A stretch of 38,194 bases of DNA, from the IMG/VR virus record IMGVR_UViG_3300048901_000032, positions 1 to 38,194 of that record; one strand, given 5' to 3'. The translations under genes and the position numbers were made by a program. Below, in pieces: positions 1 through 8,034 of the stretch. The number at the start of each line of letters is the position of its first letter. The first letter of the stretch is position 1. Below the pieces are notes generated by a model, which worked only from the letters and a program-made list of their open reading frames with translations, was not told the origin of the DNA and did not search any database. The DNA is from a virus (lineage: Duplodnaviria; Caudoviricetes).

Positions 1-23
1 AATTCGTTTGGCCGAGCTAACCA

Positions 24-218
24 TTATTTTCGCTCCCAAGTAAGTAGCAACGGCTGGCGCACCAGTCGGACAAATAGCCGCGCGTTCTTCATCGGCGGCA
101 GCGGGGCGACTTGGCCGCATTTCGTTTGCTTCGATTGCTCTATGTATCTCGCTCTGTTGTCACTGAGCAGCTTTTCCAGCGACGGGTCTTGCGGGTGAAA
201 GAGGCGGATGGCGATCAT
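24..218 (-). CDS. Hypothetical protein (64 aa)
   Basis: ATGA overlap with the upstream 48-aa ORF and AGGA RBS; its TAA overlaps a further ATG at 24 (coupled operon). Confidence 0.5.
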   Translation of the reverse strand: MIAIRLFHPQDPSLEKLLSDNRARYIEQSKQTKCGQVAPLPPMKNARLFVRLVRQPLLLTWERK

Positions 219-361
219 GACTTCCTCGCTAGTTTCTTGAACGCGGCCTGGGCTTTGATGCCGGTGCAGTGCGGCTCGCGTGACCAGGGGCTGGCGCGTT
301 TGGCGCGCAGTCTAGCCGCATGCCGCTCGGCGTCCGTTAGGTTTTTGGGCTTGGTGGCCAT
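215..361 (-). CDS. Small basic hypothetical protein (48 aa, MATKPKNLTDAERHAARLRAKRASPWSREPHC...)
   Basis: Translated by hand. TAATG overlap with the gene ending at 361 and ATGA overlap with the next gene. Confidence 0.55.
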   Translation of the reverse strand: MATKPKNLTDAERHAARLRAKRASPWSREPHCTGIKAQAAFKKLARKS

Positions 362-1263
362 TACTGCAGGTCGGCCGGCAGGATTTCGCCCGTGTCCGGG
401 TCTTTCTGCGGTTCCTTGCTCGCCGGCTTCTCGGCCTTCTTGCCGGTCGCGGCGGCCACACGCGCGGCCAGGTCGCTGACACTGGCCTTGCTATCCGGCG
501 CCGGCTCGGCAAAGGCGGAGTCCACGGTGTAGTCACCGCGGCGGATCGCGGTCTTGATGCCGACCAGCGTTTCCAGTTGCTCGATGCCGATGTCCTCGAT
601 GCCCTCGACCCCCAGTTTGGCAAACAATGCCTCCGGGGTGATGCCGGCCTTGCCGAACCAGGCGATGGCGTTGGCGCGACGGACGCTCAGGGTGGTGACG
701 TCGCCGACCGCGCACATCTTCGCGGCCTCGTACACTGGCGCCCAGAAGGCTTGCGGCACGCCGGCGAGCACGGCGTTGCGGTGGGCGATGGAAATGGCCG
801 CGTTGCCGGTGACCATGATCATGTCGGCGTTGTAGCGTTTGCCGTACTTGTCTATGATCCGACGGCTGGCTTCCTTGGTGACCTGGGTGTTCTTCTCGAG
901 GTCGTGGTACACGCCTTGCGCGGTGATGGTGTCCTTGTCGGTGGCGATGATCCGGGCGCCGGCGCGGTTGTTGCCGAAGGTCTGTTGAATGATCTCGGCA
1001 AAGCGCACGCTCGGGCCGGTGACAAACTTCGGCTTGCCGTTTTCCTTGCCGCGCGGCAGCGAGTAGATGCAGGCTTCGGCCATGTCCTCGTCGATCGTGA
1101 CCAGCTCGCGGGCCTCCTTGATGAACTTGGCGACGGAGCGGGGGAAGGCGCGGGCGGTGGCGATCTGGATGTCGATCTCGGCGCGCATGAGCGCGGGCAG
1201 CATTTCGGCGTTGACGGCCGTGGCTTCGACGGGTTCCTGGGTGTCGTTGTCGTAGGTTTGCAT
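361..1263 (-). CDS. Putative phage single-strand annealing/recombination protein
   Basis: 300 aa with GGAGAG RBS; directly downstream of a RecE-like exonuclease; acidic C-terminal DPDTGEIL tail typical of phage recombinases. Confidence 0.6.
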   Translation of the reverse strand: MQTYDNDTQEPVEATAVNAEMLPALMRAEIDIQIATARAFPRSVAKFIKEARELVTIDEDMAEACIYSLPRGKENGKPKFVTGPSVRFAEIIQQTFGNNRAGARIIATDKDTITAQGVYHDLEKNTQVTKEASRRIIDKYGKRYNADMIMVTGNAAISIAHRNAVLAGVPQAFWAPVYEAAKMCAVGDVTTLSVRRANAIAWFGKAGITPEALFAKLGVEGIEDIGIEQLETLVGIKTAIRRGDYTVDSAFAEPAPDSKASVSDLAARVAAATGKKAEKPASKEPQKDPDTGEILPADLQ

Positions 1264-1315
1264 GAATCTCTCCGCTCAATAAGTGGGGTCACAATGCACC
1301 CGTTTCAGGGTGCCG

Positions 1316-2242
1316 TCAAGCGTTGGCGTCGTCGGCGTCGTAGTACGCAAAAGCCGGCAGTACGAGCTCCGTGATCGTGTCGGTGTAGCCCGGCCAGGTG
1401 CCGGTGTCGAGGCTGCGCTTGAGCCGGTCGAGCGCCTTGTCGCGCAGGAACCGGCCACGTTCCTCGGCGATGGCCGGGACGTAGTACACCGCGGGCACGT
1501 AGGGCTTGACCTTCTCGCAGGCGAAGAACAGAAAGTTCGTCCACGCCGTGCCGGTGGCCTGGGCGCCGTCGGTGTAGTGGACGTGTTGCTGGTGGTACCG
1601 GTAGCGGTGTACGGCACGCGCGAAACCGTCCGGGCTGGCGTCGATCGCGGATTTCAGGTCACCGCCGAACGCCAGTTCGTTGCAATGCAGATCAGTCCGG
1701 GCCTTGCAGCGGATGCCGGTACGGGGATCGGTCCAGCGCAGCGTCACTTCGCGCTGGCACAGGTCGAACAACTCACCGCCCTGGATTCGAATCAGCTTGC
1801 CGTCGCTGTCGGGAATTTGCAGGACGTGGTTGCGCATCGCGGTCGCCATGCCGGTGATCTGCTGCATGTCCTTGTCCGACAGGCACTGCATGCCGGCGTG
1901 GTCGCTGGTCCAGCGGAACCACCAGTCGACGCGCGCCAAGGATTCCGGGCTGGGCTTCTTGGCATTGATCATCGCTTGGGTCGGGCGGGCCGGTGCATCG
2001 CTGGGCAGCACGCAGTAGGTGGCTGCGAACTTGGCCGGCTCAAGCGTCGCCATGTGGAAGGCGTGGCCGAAGTCCAAGGCGGCGGTGGATTCGTCGTCCT
2101 CGGGGTGCGTGCACCACCAGTGGTAATGGGCCGGCGACTGCTCACCGATGATCTTGAGGCCGCTGTTGCTGGCGACGTCGAGCTCGCGCTGGAAATACAC
2201 CGACGGTGGCTCGTCGTAGAGGATGCGGTTGTCGTAACTCAT
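1316..2242 (-). CDS. PD-(D/E)XK exonuclease, RecE/ExoVIII C-terminal (DUF3799)-like
   Basis: Motifs SNSGLK, SPAHY, ALDFGHAFH..TLEP, E..L.W.D..TG..CKARTD, DLKS, Y.YH.Q...Y.DG, FLFFACEK..PY. Confidence 0.88.
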   Translation of the reverse strand: MSYDNRILYDEPPSVYFQRELDVASNSGLKIIGEQSPAHYHWWCTHPEDDESTAALDFGHAFHMATLEPAKFAATYCVLPSDAPARPTQAMINAKKPSPESLARVDWWFRWTSDHAGMQCLSDKDMQQITGMATAMRNHVLQIPDSDGKLIRIQGGELFDLCQREVTLRWTDPRTGIRCKARTDLHCNELAFGGDLKSAIDASPDGFARAVHRYRYHQQHVHYTDGAQATGTAWTNFLFFACEKVKPYVPAVYYVPAIAEERGRFLRDKALDRLKRSLDTGTWPGYTDTITELVLPAFAYYDADDANA

Positions 2243-3570
2243 GGCGTCACCTTCGCGCGCCTAGGCGTGACGACCGGCGGCTGGTCGACGTTGAACCGTT
2301 CCAGAGCTGCCTGCAGCTTGCGCGTGGTCAGGTGCTCGCCAAACCCGGCGACGGTCAGCAGTTTGATGGCTTCGGCGGCGGCGGTTTGCAGGTCGGTGTT
2401 GGCGATCGCGTCGGCGTCGGCCTTTTCCTGGGCCTTGCGTTTTTGTTCGGCGACGACCTTCTCGCGTTCCGCAGCTTCGCGGGCGGCCTGTGCGTCGGCT
2501 TCGGCTTGGCGGGCTTGGGCTTCCTGCAGGTCCTTGCGTTCTTCTGCGGCAGCGCGTTCGTTGGCTTCCTTCGCCAGCGCAGCGTCGTGCATCTGCATCA
2601 GCTTGGCGAGCATGACGGTGTTGGCTTCCACGAAACGATCGCGCCACGCGGCGGGCACGCCGGGGAAGGTGTCGTCGAGGGCCGACAGTTCGGTCAGGGC
2701 CGCGGCGAGCTCGGCGCTGGTCTTGCCGATGCAGGCGATCGGTATCTGGCGGATGTCGTCGAGCGCGGCTTGTTGGGCGGCGTCGGCTTCGCGCTGGGCT
2801 TTGGCCGCTTCCTCAGCCTGCCGGCGTTCTTCGGCCGCCCGCTCCTGGGCTTCCTTGAGCTCGGCATCGTGCGCGGCCTGAATCTGGCGAGCCCGCTCGG
2901 CGGCCTCGTTGCGGATGCGCTCGTTCTCGGCGCGTTCCTCGGCCAGTTTCTTGACCTCGACTTCGGCTTGTTCGGCGCGCTGGCGCATCGCCATCAGTTG
3001 GCCGAGGGTGTCGCGCTTGGCCGCTTGCAGGCGGGCTTCGAAGTCCGGCGACGGCGGGTCGCAGGCGATCGGTGTCTGTTGCAGGGCGTTGATCGCGGCG
3101 TCCAGGTCGGCGCTGGTGGCCGATAGCAGGGTCAGCGGCAGGGTGACGATGGACGCCAGGGCCGCATCACGGGCCTTGAGGATCGCGGCTTCCTTGGCTT
3201 CCCGTTCCTTGCGGATGGCCTCGCGTCGGGCTTCCTCGGCGCGGATGACGGCATCGATCGGGTTCTCGATCTTGAGGATTTCGTCCTCGATGCGCTTGGC
3301 CTCGACGTCGATCAGGCGGCACCGCTCTAGCGCCGGGGCCTTGATCTCCTTGCGCTTGGCGTCGAGCGCGGTGCGCAGGCGAACGCAGACCAGCCGGGAC
3401 TGGCGGGCCTCGGTATCGCCGGCCGTGGTGGTGCAGTCGAAGGTGTGACCGGCGACGCGGGCGCGCATCTCGGTGAGGGCGGCGGCGGTCGGGCTGTACT
3501 CGGCGATCTCGGTGGTGATCGGCGGCAGCACATCGGGCGCGGGTTGTGGGTCGGGCTTCTTCTTAGCCAT
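2239..3570 (-). CDS. Phage coiled-coil protein with an internally duplicated helical domain
   Basis: 443 aa, Ala/Glu/Arg-rich; N-terminal IAEYSPTAAAL...RKEIKAPALERCRLID segment of a type seen beside phage recombination genes; ATGA-coupled to the exonuclease. Confidence 0.8.
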   Translation of the reverse strand: MAKKKPDPQPAPDVLPPITTEIAEYSPTAAALTEMRARVAGHTFDCTTTAGDTEARQSRLVCVRLRTALDAKRKEIKAPALERCRLIDVEAKRIEDEILKIENPIDAVIRAEEARREAIRKEREAKEAAILKARDAALASIVTLPLTLLSATSADLDAAINALQQTPIACDPPSPDFEARLQAAKRDTLGQLMAMRQRAEQAEVEVKKLAEERAENERIRNEAAERARQIQAAHDAELKEAQERAAEERRQAEEAAKAQREADAAQQAALDDIRQIPIACIGKTSAELAAALTELSALDDTFPGVPAAWRDRFVEANTVMLAKLMQMHDAALAKEANERAAAEERKDLQEAQARQAEADAQAAREAAEREKVVAEQKRKAQEKADADAIANTDLQTAAAEAIKLLTVAGFGEHLTTRKLQAALERFNVDQPPVVTPRRAKVTP

Positions 3571-3580
3571 GAGCGGTCCT

Positions 3581-3820
3581 TCAGTGGGGTTTGGGTTGTT
3601 GGGATTGGGCGTAGGCCAGCAGTTCCTCGCGCAGGTTGTCCATCATGTCCTTGGCCTGCCCGTCGCTGATCGAATCGTCGCCGGCCTCGAGGTAACGCTG
3701 AAAGGCGGCAGCGGCGCCGGCATAGAACGCTTGCCGCATCGCGCTGCGCTGGGCGGCACCGGCGGTGGTCGGGATGACCTTGTCGGCGTAGTAGGCCCAC
3801 TGGTTGGCGAGGGTTTTCAT
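3581..3820 (-). CDS. Hypothetical phage protein (79 aa)
   Basis: AAGGA RBS; first gene after the leftward promoter; MRQAFYAGA motif. Confidence 0.75.
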   Translation of the reverse strand: MKTLANQWAYYADKVIPTTAGAAQRSAMRQAFYAGAAAAFQRYLEAGDDSISDGQAKDMMDNLREELLAYAQSQQPKPH

Positions 3821-3849
3821 GCGGTTCCTTGAGGTACGTGGTGACCCCG

Positions 3850-3877
3850 ATTATCGGCCTTCTGTCGGCGTTGTCAA
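3850..3877 (-). promoter_or_regulatory. Leftward sigma70-like early promoter
   Basis: Minus strand TTGACA-N16-GATAAT, about 30 nt upstream of the 3820 start. Confidence 0.7.
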
Positions 3878-3892
3878 TCAATTTCTAGGGTC

Positions 3893-3921
3893 TTGCAGAA
3901 CCTTGGGCGCGGGTGTAGGCT
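3893..3921 (+). promoter_or_regulatory. Rightward sigma70-like early promoter
   Basis: TTGCAG-N17-TAGGCT, back-to-back with the leftward promoter, upstream of the Cro-like gene. Confidence 0.6.
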
Positions 3922-3951
3922 CGCGCCAAGTTATCCACCGGAGCGGGCCGC

Positions 3952-4191
3952 ATGGCAGCGCCACGCAGCAAATTCCACGAACACCTGGCCTCGGCCGGGT
4001 CGATCTCGCGCAAGAATCCGGAGCTGCTGCGGCTGCATCGGGCGACGGGGTTCTCGGTCGAGCACCTGTTTAAGGTGGCGATTGGACTCCGACCGGCGAG
4101 CCTGGCGTGCGTGAAGTCTCTGGTCAAGAACATCGGTCCCCGGAACAAGGAAATCACCGAGTCGTCCTTTACCGTCGCGGGTCAGCAATGA
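3952..4191 (+). CDS. Cro-like small HTH transcriptional regulator
   Basis: 79 aa; HTH-like LHRATGFSVEHLFKVAIGLRPAS; GGAG RBS; first gene of the rightward operon. Confidence 0.6.
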   Translation: MAAPRSKFHEHLASAGSISRKNPELLRLHRATGFSVEHLFKVAIGLRPASLACVKSLVKNIGPRNKEITESSFTVAGQQ

Positions 4192-4198
4192 GGAGTGT

Positions 4199-4405
4199 AT
4201 GGTCGCTGTCGTCGTCCCGCTGTTCGTTCCGGATCCGGACCTCCTTGAGGGTGTCCGGCGCACGGTCGTCGGCGGCTGGGACGCGGACGTCGAGATGTTC
4301 GAGGACGACCTGACCCCCGTCGACCGGCTGGCGGTGGCGCTCGAGCGCGCCGAGCTGCGCTATATCCCGGTGCTCCGGGCTTTGGCCGAGGAAGTGGACG
4401 CATGA
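4199..4405 (+). CDS. Hypothetical protein (68 aa)
   Basis: GAGGAG RBS; GC3-rich codons; ATGA overlap with the next gene. Confidence 0.65.
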   Translation: MVAVVVPLFVPDPDLLEGVRRTVVGGWDADVEMFEDDLTPVDRLAVALERAELRYIPVLRALAEEVDA

Positions 4406-4620
4406 ACCTGATTCAGCTGGCGCATGATCATCCCGCCCTGGCGCTGCGCGTCCTGGCCGTCGTGTTCTGGACCGCCGTGCTGGTGCCGGTGACCTTCCTG
4501 ATCTGGGGCGTCTGGCACTACCTGCTGACCGGACGGCTGCTGATGGCGGTGGCCGTGGCGGCTGTTCTAGTGGTGTGCGGCGCCTGCGTGTTTGCCCTGC
4601 TCGACGCTGATCCGAAATAA
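4402..4620 (+). CDS. Small two-TM membrane protein
   Basis: 72 aa with two long hydrophobic stretches; GAGGA RBS. Confidence 0.65.
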   Translation: MNLIQLAHDHPALALRVLAVVFWTAVLVPVTFLIWGVWHYLLTGRLLMAVAVAAVLVVCGACVFALLDADPK

Positions 4621-4623
4621 TCC

Positions 4624-4652
4624 TTGCAGTCCGTTTTCCCCCGGCGTAATGT
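4624..4652 (+). promoter_or_regulatory. Promoter for the replication gene
   Basis: TTGCAG-N17-TAATGT; shares GGCGTAATGT with the promoter at 6184. Confidence 0.6.
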
Positions 4653-4657
4653 CGGGC

Positions 4658-4801
4658 TGTCGAAAGACACCGCTTGTGACAGGGCGGATTCAACCAAGGC
4701 TGACCCGATGAGTTTTCAAACCCCAACCCCTTCTCGCAAGCGCCTTCCTCCGGGAGCCTGGGCACTGTCAACTTGCGGGCGGGGGTTGGGCTTTGGGGGT
4801 T
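4658..4801 (+). promoter_or_regulatory. Structured 5' leader RNA of the replication gene
   Basis: TGTC-GAAA-GACA hairpin; CCGCTT/GGGCGG hairpin; long stem CCCAACCCC (4722-30)/GGGGTTGGG (4782-90) with CTCGCAAG/CTTGCGGG; loop-loop match TGACAG (4677-82)/CTGTCA (4765-70). Confidence 0.55.
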
Positions 4802-4805
4802 CGCC

Positions 4806-5663
4806 GTGAATTATTTCGAGCTCCATATTGGCGATTACGAAAGCGCGACCGCGCACCTGTCGATTCTCGAGGACGGTGTCTATAACCGGCTGATGCGGGT
4901 CTATTACCGCACCCAGGCGCCCTTGCCGCTGGACGTGAAACAGATTTGCCGGCTGATCCGGGCGGTGTCGAAAGCCGAGCGCGATACGGTTGCGCTGATC
5001 CTGTCGGAGTTCTTCATCGAAGGTGTCGACGGCTGGCACAACGACCGTTGTGACGAGGAAATCACCCGCTTCAAGGATAAGCAAGCGAAGGCTCGGCGCA
5101 GTGCGAACGCACGCTGGGATAATAGCGAAGGCAATGCAGACGCAATGCGAACGCATAGCGAAGGCAATGCACCGCGCGCCCGTCCCCAAGCACCAGACAC
5201 CAGTAACCAGTCTTTTACCCAACCTTCCATACCAGACCCGCCTCCGGCGACTGCCTCGGATCGTGTAGGGCAGTTCGAAGGCCATGCCACACCGGTGACC
5301 ACGCCCAACCCGGCAGCTGGCTTTGCCATCGCGCTGACCCGCGCTGGCTTCGCCTGCACGGCCCTGAACCCCGACCTGGTCGAGTACGTGCGGGAGGGCG
5401 GCACGATCGAGCATGTCCTGCAGTGCGCGGCCCTGCCGGATTGTGTGGGCAAGAAGGCGACCTACCCGATCCGGATTGCCCGGCGGGAACTTGCCGATCC
5501 GGCGCGCGCCATGAGTCCGGCGACACCTGGGCGACCACCCGAGCCGGCGCGCAACACGGACGGTCCGTCGCCGCGTCTGGATCCAGCCGTTGAAGCCGAA
5601 CGAAAAAAGGACGCGCTCGCGGCGATGAATGCGCAACTGAAAGAATTGGGTATTCAGCCATGA
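4806..5663 (+). CDS. YdaU/DUF1376-family phage replication initiator
   Basis: N-terminus NYFELHIGDYESATAHLSILEDGVYNRLMRVYY...EFF...GWHNDRCDEEI is characteristic; GTG start after a G-rich RBS. Confidence 0.85.
   Translation: MNYFELHIGDYESATAHLSILEDGVYNRLMRVYYRTQAPLPLDVKQICRLIRAVSKAERDTVALILSEFFIEGVDGWHNDRCDEEITRFKDKQAKARRSANARWDNSEGNADAMRTHSEGNAPRARPQAPDTSNQSFTQPSIPDPPPATASDRVGQFEGHATPVTTPNPAAGFAIALTRAGFACTALNPDLVEYVREGGTIEHVLQCAALPDCVGKKATYPIRIARRELADPARAMSPATPGRPPEPARNTDGPSPRLDPAVEAERKKDALAAMNAQLKELGIQP
5085..5171 (+). repeat. Iteron-like direct repeats inside the initiator gene (putative origin)
   Basis: ATAGCGAAGGCAATGCA at 5122 and 5155; TGCGAACGCA at 5102 and 5146; GCGAAGGC at 5085. 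Analogous to the iterons within lambda O. Confidence 0.6.
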
Positions 5664-5806
5664 AAACTACCGCGGTGTCGCGCAGCTGGTATCGGGCCAA
5701 GATTCGGCGCTGGCTGCTGGAGTGCACGCGAGCTATCCATCAGGAAATGCACGCGCGCGGTTCGGTTCCTGGCTGGTTCAAGCTCACGTATAAGGGGATC
5801 CGATGA
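5660..5806 (+). CDS. Hypothetical protein (48 aa, MKTTAVSRSWYRAKIRRWLLEC...)
   Basis: Translated by hand; ATGA overlaps at both ends. Confidence 0.5.
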   Translation: MKTTAVSRSWYRAKIRRWLLECTRAIHQEMHARGSVPGWFKLTYKGIR

Positions 5807-6180
5807 AGCACAAGCCGCTGTCCTTCACCCGCAGTCCGATGACATCCTTGCGCGCGCTCGGTCGGCTGAAAACCGGGGCGATGAATCAAACCGAGGCGAC
5901 CTATTCCGAATACCTGGAGAGTCGTCGCCAGGCCGGGGAAGTGATGTGGTTCGCGTTCGAAGGCATCAAGCTACGGCTCGCGGACAACACGTTCTACACC
6001 CCGGACTTCGCGGTGATGCTGGTGTCTGGACGGCTGCAATGCCACGAGGTTAAGGGCTTCTGGCTCGACGACGCACGCGCCAAGATCAAAATTGCGGCTG
6101 CGCTGTTCCCGCTCGAGTTCATTGCGGTGACGAAGGCAAACAAGCGCGACGGTGGGGGCTGGGCGTTCGAGATGTTTTAG
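5803..6180 (+). CDS. DUF1064-like PD-(D/E)XK endonuclease (possible resolvase)
   Basis: MNQTE..Y...L, FEGIKLRLADNTFYTPDF and HEVKGFW motifs. Confidence 0.8.
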   Translation: MKHKPLSFTRSPMTSLRALGRLKTGAMNQTEATYSEYLESRRQAGEVMWFAFEGIKLRLADNTFYTPDFAVMLVSGRLQCHEVKGFWLDDARAKIKIAAALFPLEFIAVTKANKRDGGGWAFEMF

Positions 6181-6183
6181 GAC

Positions 6184-6211
6184 TTGACACGGCCATTCTA
6201 AGGCGTAATGT
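6184..6211 (+). promoter_or_regulatory. Sigma70-like promoter for the accessory operon
   Basis: TTGACA-N16-TAATGT, followed by AGGAG RBS before the ATG at 6249. Confidence 0.7.
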
Positions 6212-6248
6212 AGGGGCCGCAAAGACCCCAACCAATCAGGAGAACCGT

Positions 6249-7010
6249 ATGCTCAGTTTCCACAACGACCCGGCCGTCAAGGCGCGCTATGTGTCTCGGG
6301 TTCACGCGCACGCACTAGCCGATAACATCATCCAAGGAACCGGCTGGGAGAACGGTAAGGGCTGTGCGATCGGATGCACGCTCGAGAACTACGATCATGA
6401 GCGGTATCCGGTTGAACTCGGTCTGCCGGTCTGGTTGGCACGCCTGGAAGATTCGATCTTCGAACACCTAAGCAACGGTGAGGCGAAAGCTTGGCCTGAG
6501 CGGTTCCTGCAGGCTGTTCCGGTGGGCGTCGATGTCGAGATCGTCCGCCACAAGCTGGCGATTCGGCGCATGGATCGGCTGATTGCTTTGCAGCGGACCA
6601 GCCTCGGGAAACACGGGGCCGAGATTGACGCGGTCATCGAACAAGTTGTTGCTGCCATTGAGCAGGTGCGGAAATGTCATGAAGCCGACGCGGGCGGAAC
6701 GGTTTGCGCTGTTTCGGCGGACTCGGCGTACTCGGCGGCGTACTCGGCGTACTCGGCGGCGTACTCGGCGCACTCGGCGGCGTACTCGGCGGCGTACTCG
6801 GCGTACTCGGCGGCGTACTCGGCGGCGTACTCGGCGGACTCGGCGGCGTACTCGGCGGACTCGGCGGCGTACTCGGCGGACTCGGCGGCGCACTCGGCGG
6901 CGTACTCGGCGGCGTACTCGGCGTACTCGGCGGCGTACTCGGCGTACTCGGCGGCGTGGCAACAAGAAGCCAACGACCTAGTCGAACTTCTCGCGAACTG
7001 TCAGCCATGA
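6249..7010 (+). CDS. Hypothetical phage protein with a Ser-Ala-(Ala)-Tyr repeat tract
   Basis: Strong AGGAG RBS; globular N-terminus (GKGCAIGC, LEDSIFE, WPERFLQAVPVGVD), then an 81-aa repeat and a short C-terminal helix. Confidence 0.85.
   Translation: MLSFHNDPAVKARYVSRVHAHALADNIIQGTGWENGKGCAIGCTLENYDHERYPVELGLPVWLARLEDSIFEHLSNGEAKAWPERFLQAVPVGVDVEIVRHKLAIRRMDRLIALQRTSLGKHGAEIDAVIEQVVAAIEQVRKCHEADAGGTVCAVSADSAYSAAYSAYSAAYSAHSAAYSAAYSAYSAAYSAAYSADSAAYSADSAAYSADSAAHSAAYSAAYSAYSAAYSAYSAAWQQEANDLVELLANCQP
6714..6956 (+). repeat. In-frame tandem repeat of 9- and 12-bp units TCG GCG (GCG) NAC
   Basis: 23 units over 243 bp; Ser is always TCG and Ala always GCG; the last codon is TAC, GAC or CAC. 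Confidence 0.95.
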
Positions 7011-7099
7011 CCCGCTCCCGCATCGACGCCTTCGACTGGCGCGTGATCGGAAGCGTGGCGATCGGCTGGGTCGCGTTCTACGTGTGGAGCGTGCACTGA
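7007..7099 (+). CDS. Small single-TM peptide (30 aa)
   Basis: MTRSRIDAFDWRVIGSVAIGWVAFYVWSVH; ATGA and TGATG overlaps with its neighbours. Confidence 0.5.
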   Translation: MTRSRIDAFDWRVIGSVAIGWVAFYVWSVH

Positions 7100-7389
7100 T
7101 GTGCCGCTCTTACGACACCTGCCGCACCTGCCAAGGCGCCGGCGTCGTGCCGGGCGTGCACCAGTTCGACCCGCAGGATTACCACGACGACCCGTGCCCG
7201 GCGTGCCTGGGCGATGGCCGCCACTACTTCCGTCCCGCCGATCCGATCCTGCGGCTCAAGGCTGACCGCCTGGCGATCGTGCGTTTCCGTGATTCTTCGT
7301 TCTTCGCGCCGATGGTGCGCCGGCAGTACGCGGCCCTCAAAGCGCGCGTCTATGGCCTGAAGGAGACTACCCATGTCCAAGCTACGTGA
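7099..7389 (+). CDS. DnaJ-type zinc-finger-like protein
   Basis: Two CxxCxGxG motifs (CRTCQGAG, CPACLGDG); GGAG RBS. Confidence 0.7.
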   Translation: MCRSYDTCRTCQGAGVVPGVHQFDPQDYHDDPCPACLGDGRHYFRPADPILRLKADRLAIVRFRDSSFFAPMVRRQYAALKARVYGLKETTHVQAT

Positions 7390-7630
7390 TCAGCCGCCGG
7401 TGGTGCCGACCACCCTGCCGTTCAAGCGCGACCCGTCCTCGGGATTTCACGTCACCGGCGCGCAGGAACAGAGGCCCCACCCGCTCGTCAAGCCGCGCAG
7501 TGTGCGCGAGTTCGAGCGCCTGGAAGCCTTCCGGCGTTGGCTGTGGATCAGCGCGTGGATCGGTGGCCTGCTCTTGGGCTATGCCTTGGGGGCGACCTTT
7601 GGCCTGCCGGCCGGGTTGTTGGTGCCATGA
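7373..7630 (+). CDS. Hypothetical membrane protein
   Basis: AAGGAG RBS; C-terminal hydrophobic helix. Confidence 0.65.
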   Translation: MSKLRDQPPVVPTTLPFKRDPSSGFHVTGAQEQRPHPLVKPRSVREFERLEAFRRWLWISAWIGGLLLGYALGATFGLPAGLLVP

Positions 7631-8034
7631 GCGAGCAGACTGATCTGTTCAACAAGCCCGTCGACCTGTCGAAATACGGGGTGGGCTTGCGTCGGGTCGT
7701 CGTTGAGCCGCACTGCGTGTCGGTGCAAGCGGAATTTTACAACACCACGCACCTTGCGGGGATGGACCTGGCTCTCGCCAAGGACGCCGCGCGCCGGCAA
7801 GCCGATGCGGTGCTCTACATCTTCGCCACGAAACCCGGCGCGATGTTCTCGCCCAGCCAGGTCTGGAAGAAGGGCGAAACCGCGGGCCTGTCGTGGCTGC
7901 TGACCTCGGTGCGCCGGACGATGTCGGATCTGACCAAGACCGGGAAGCTGCGCAGGACCAGCCTGCAGGTGCTTGGTCCATACGGTCGCGTAGAGTATTT
8001 GTGGAAAGGTGTAGACGATGCCCACGTCGGGTAA
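7627..8034 (+). CDS. Putative winged-helix DNA-binding protein
   Basis: FSPSQVW...LTSVRRTMSDLTKTGKLRRT...GPYGRVEYLW pattern; ATGA overlap. Confidence 0.6.
   Translation: MSEQTDLFNKPVDLSKYGVGLRRVVVEPHCVSVQAEFYNTTHLAGMDLALAKDAARRQADAVLYIFATKPGAMFSPSQVWKKGETAGLSWLLTSVRRTMSDLTKTGKLRRTSLQVLGPYGRVEYLWKGVDDAHVG

Noticed and set aside
3931-3939. DnaA-box-like TTATCCACC
   Set aside because: Single 8/9 match, no cluster, and far from the iteron repeats.
6714-6956. CRISPR array or DGR variable repeat
   Set aside because: No unique spacers; units are 9-12 bp coding repeats; no AAC-containing template copy seen elsewhere.
6468-6981. Arg-Val, Arg-Thr, Pro-Ser-Thr and Gly-Val-Leu repeat ORFs in other frames
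   Set aside because: They are shadows of the stop-free repeat; only 6249-7010 has a promoter, RBS and globular flanks.
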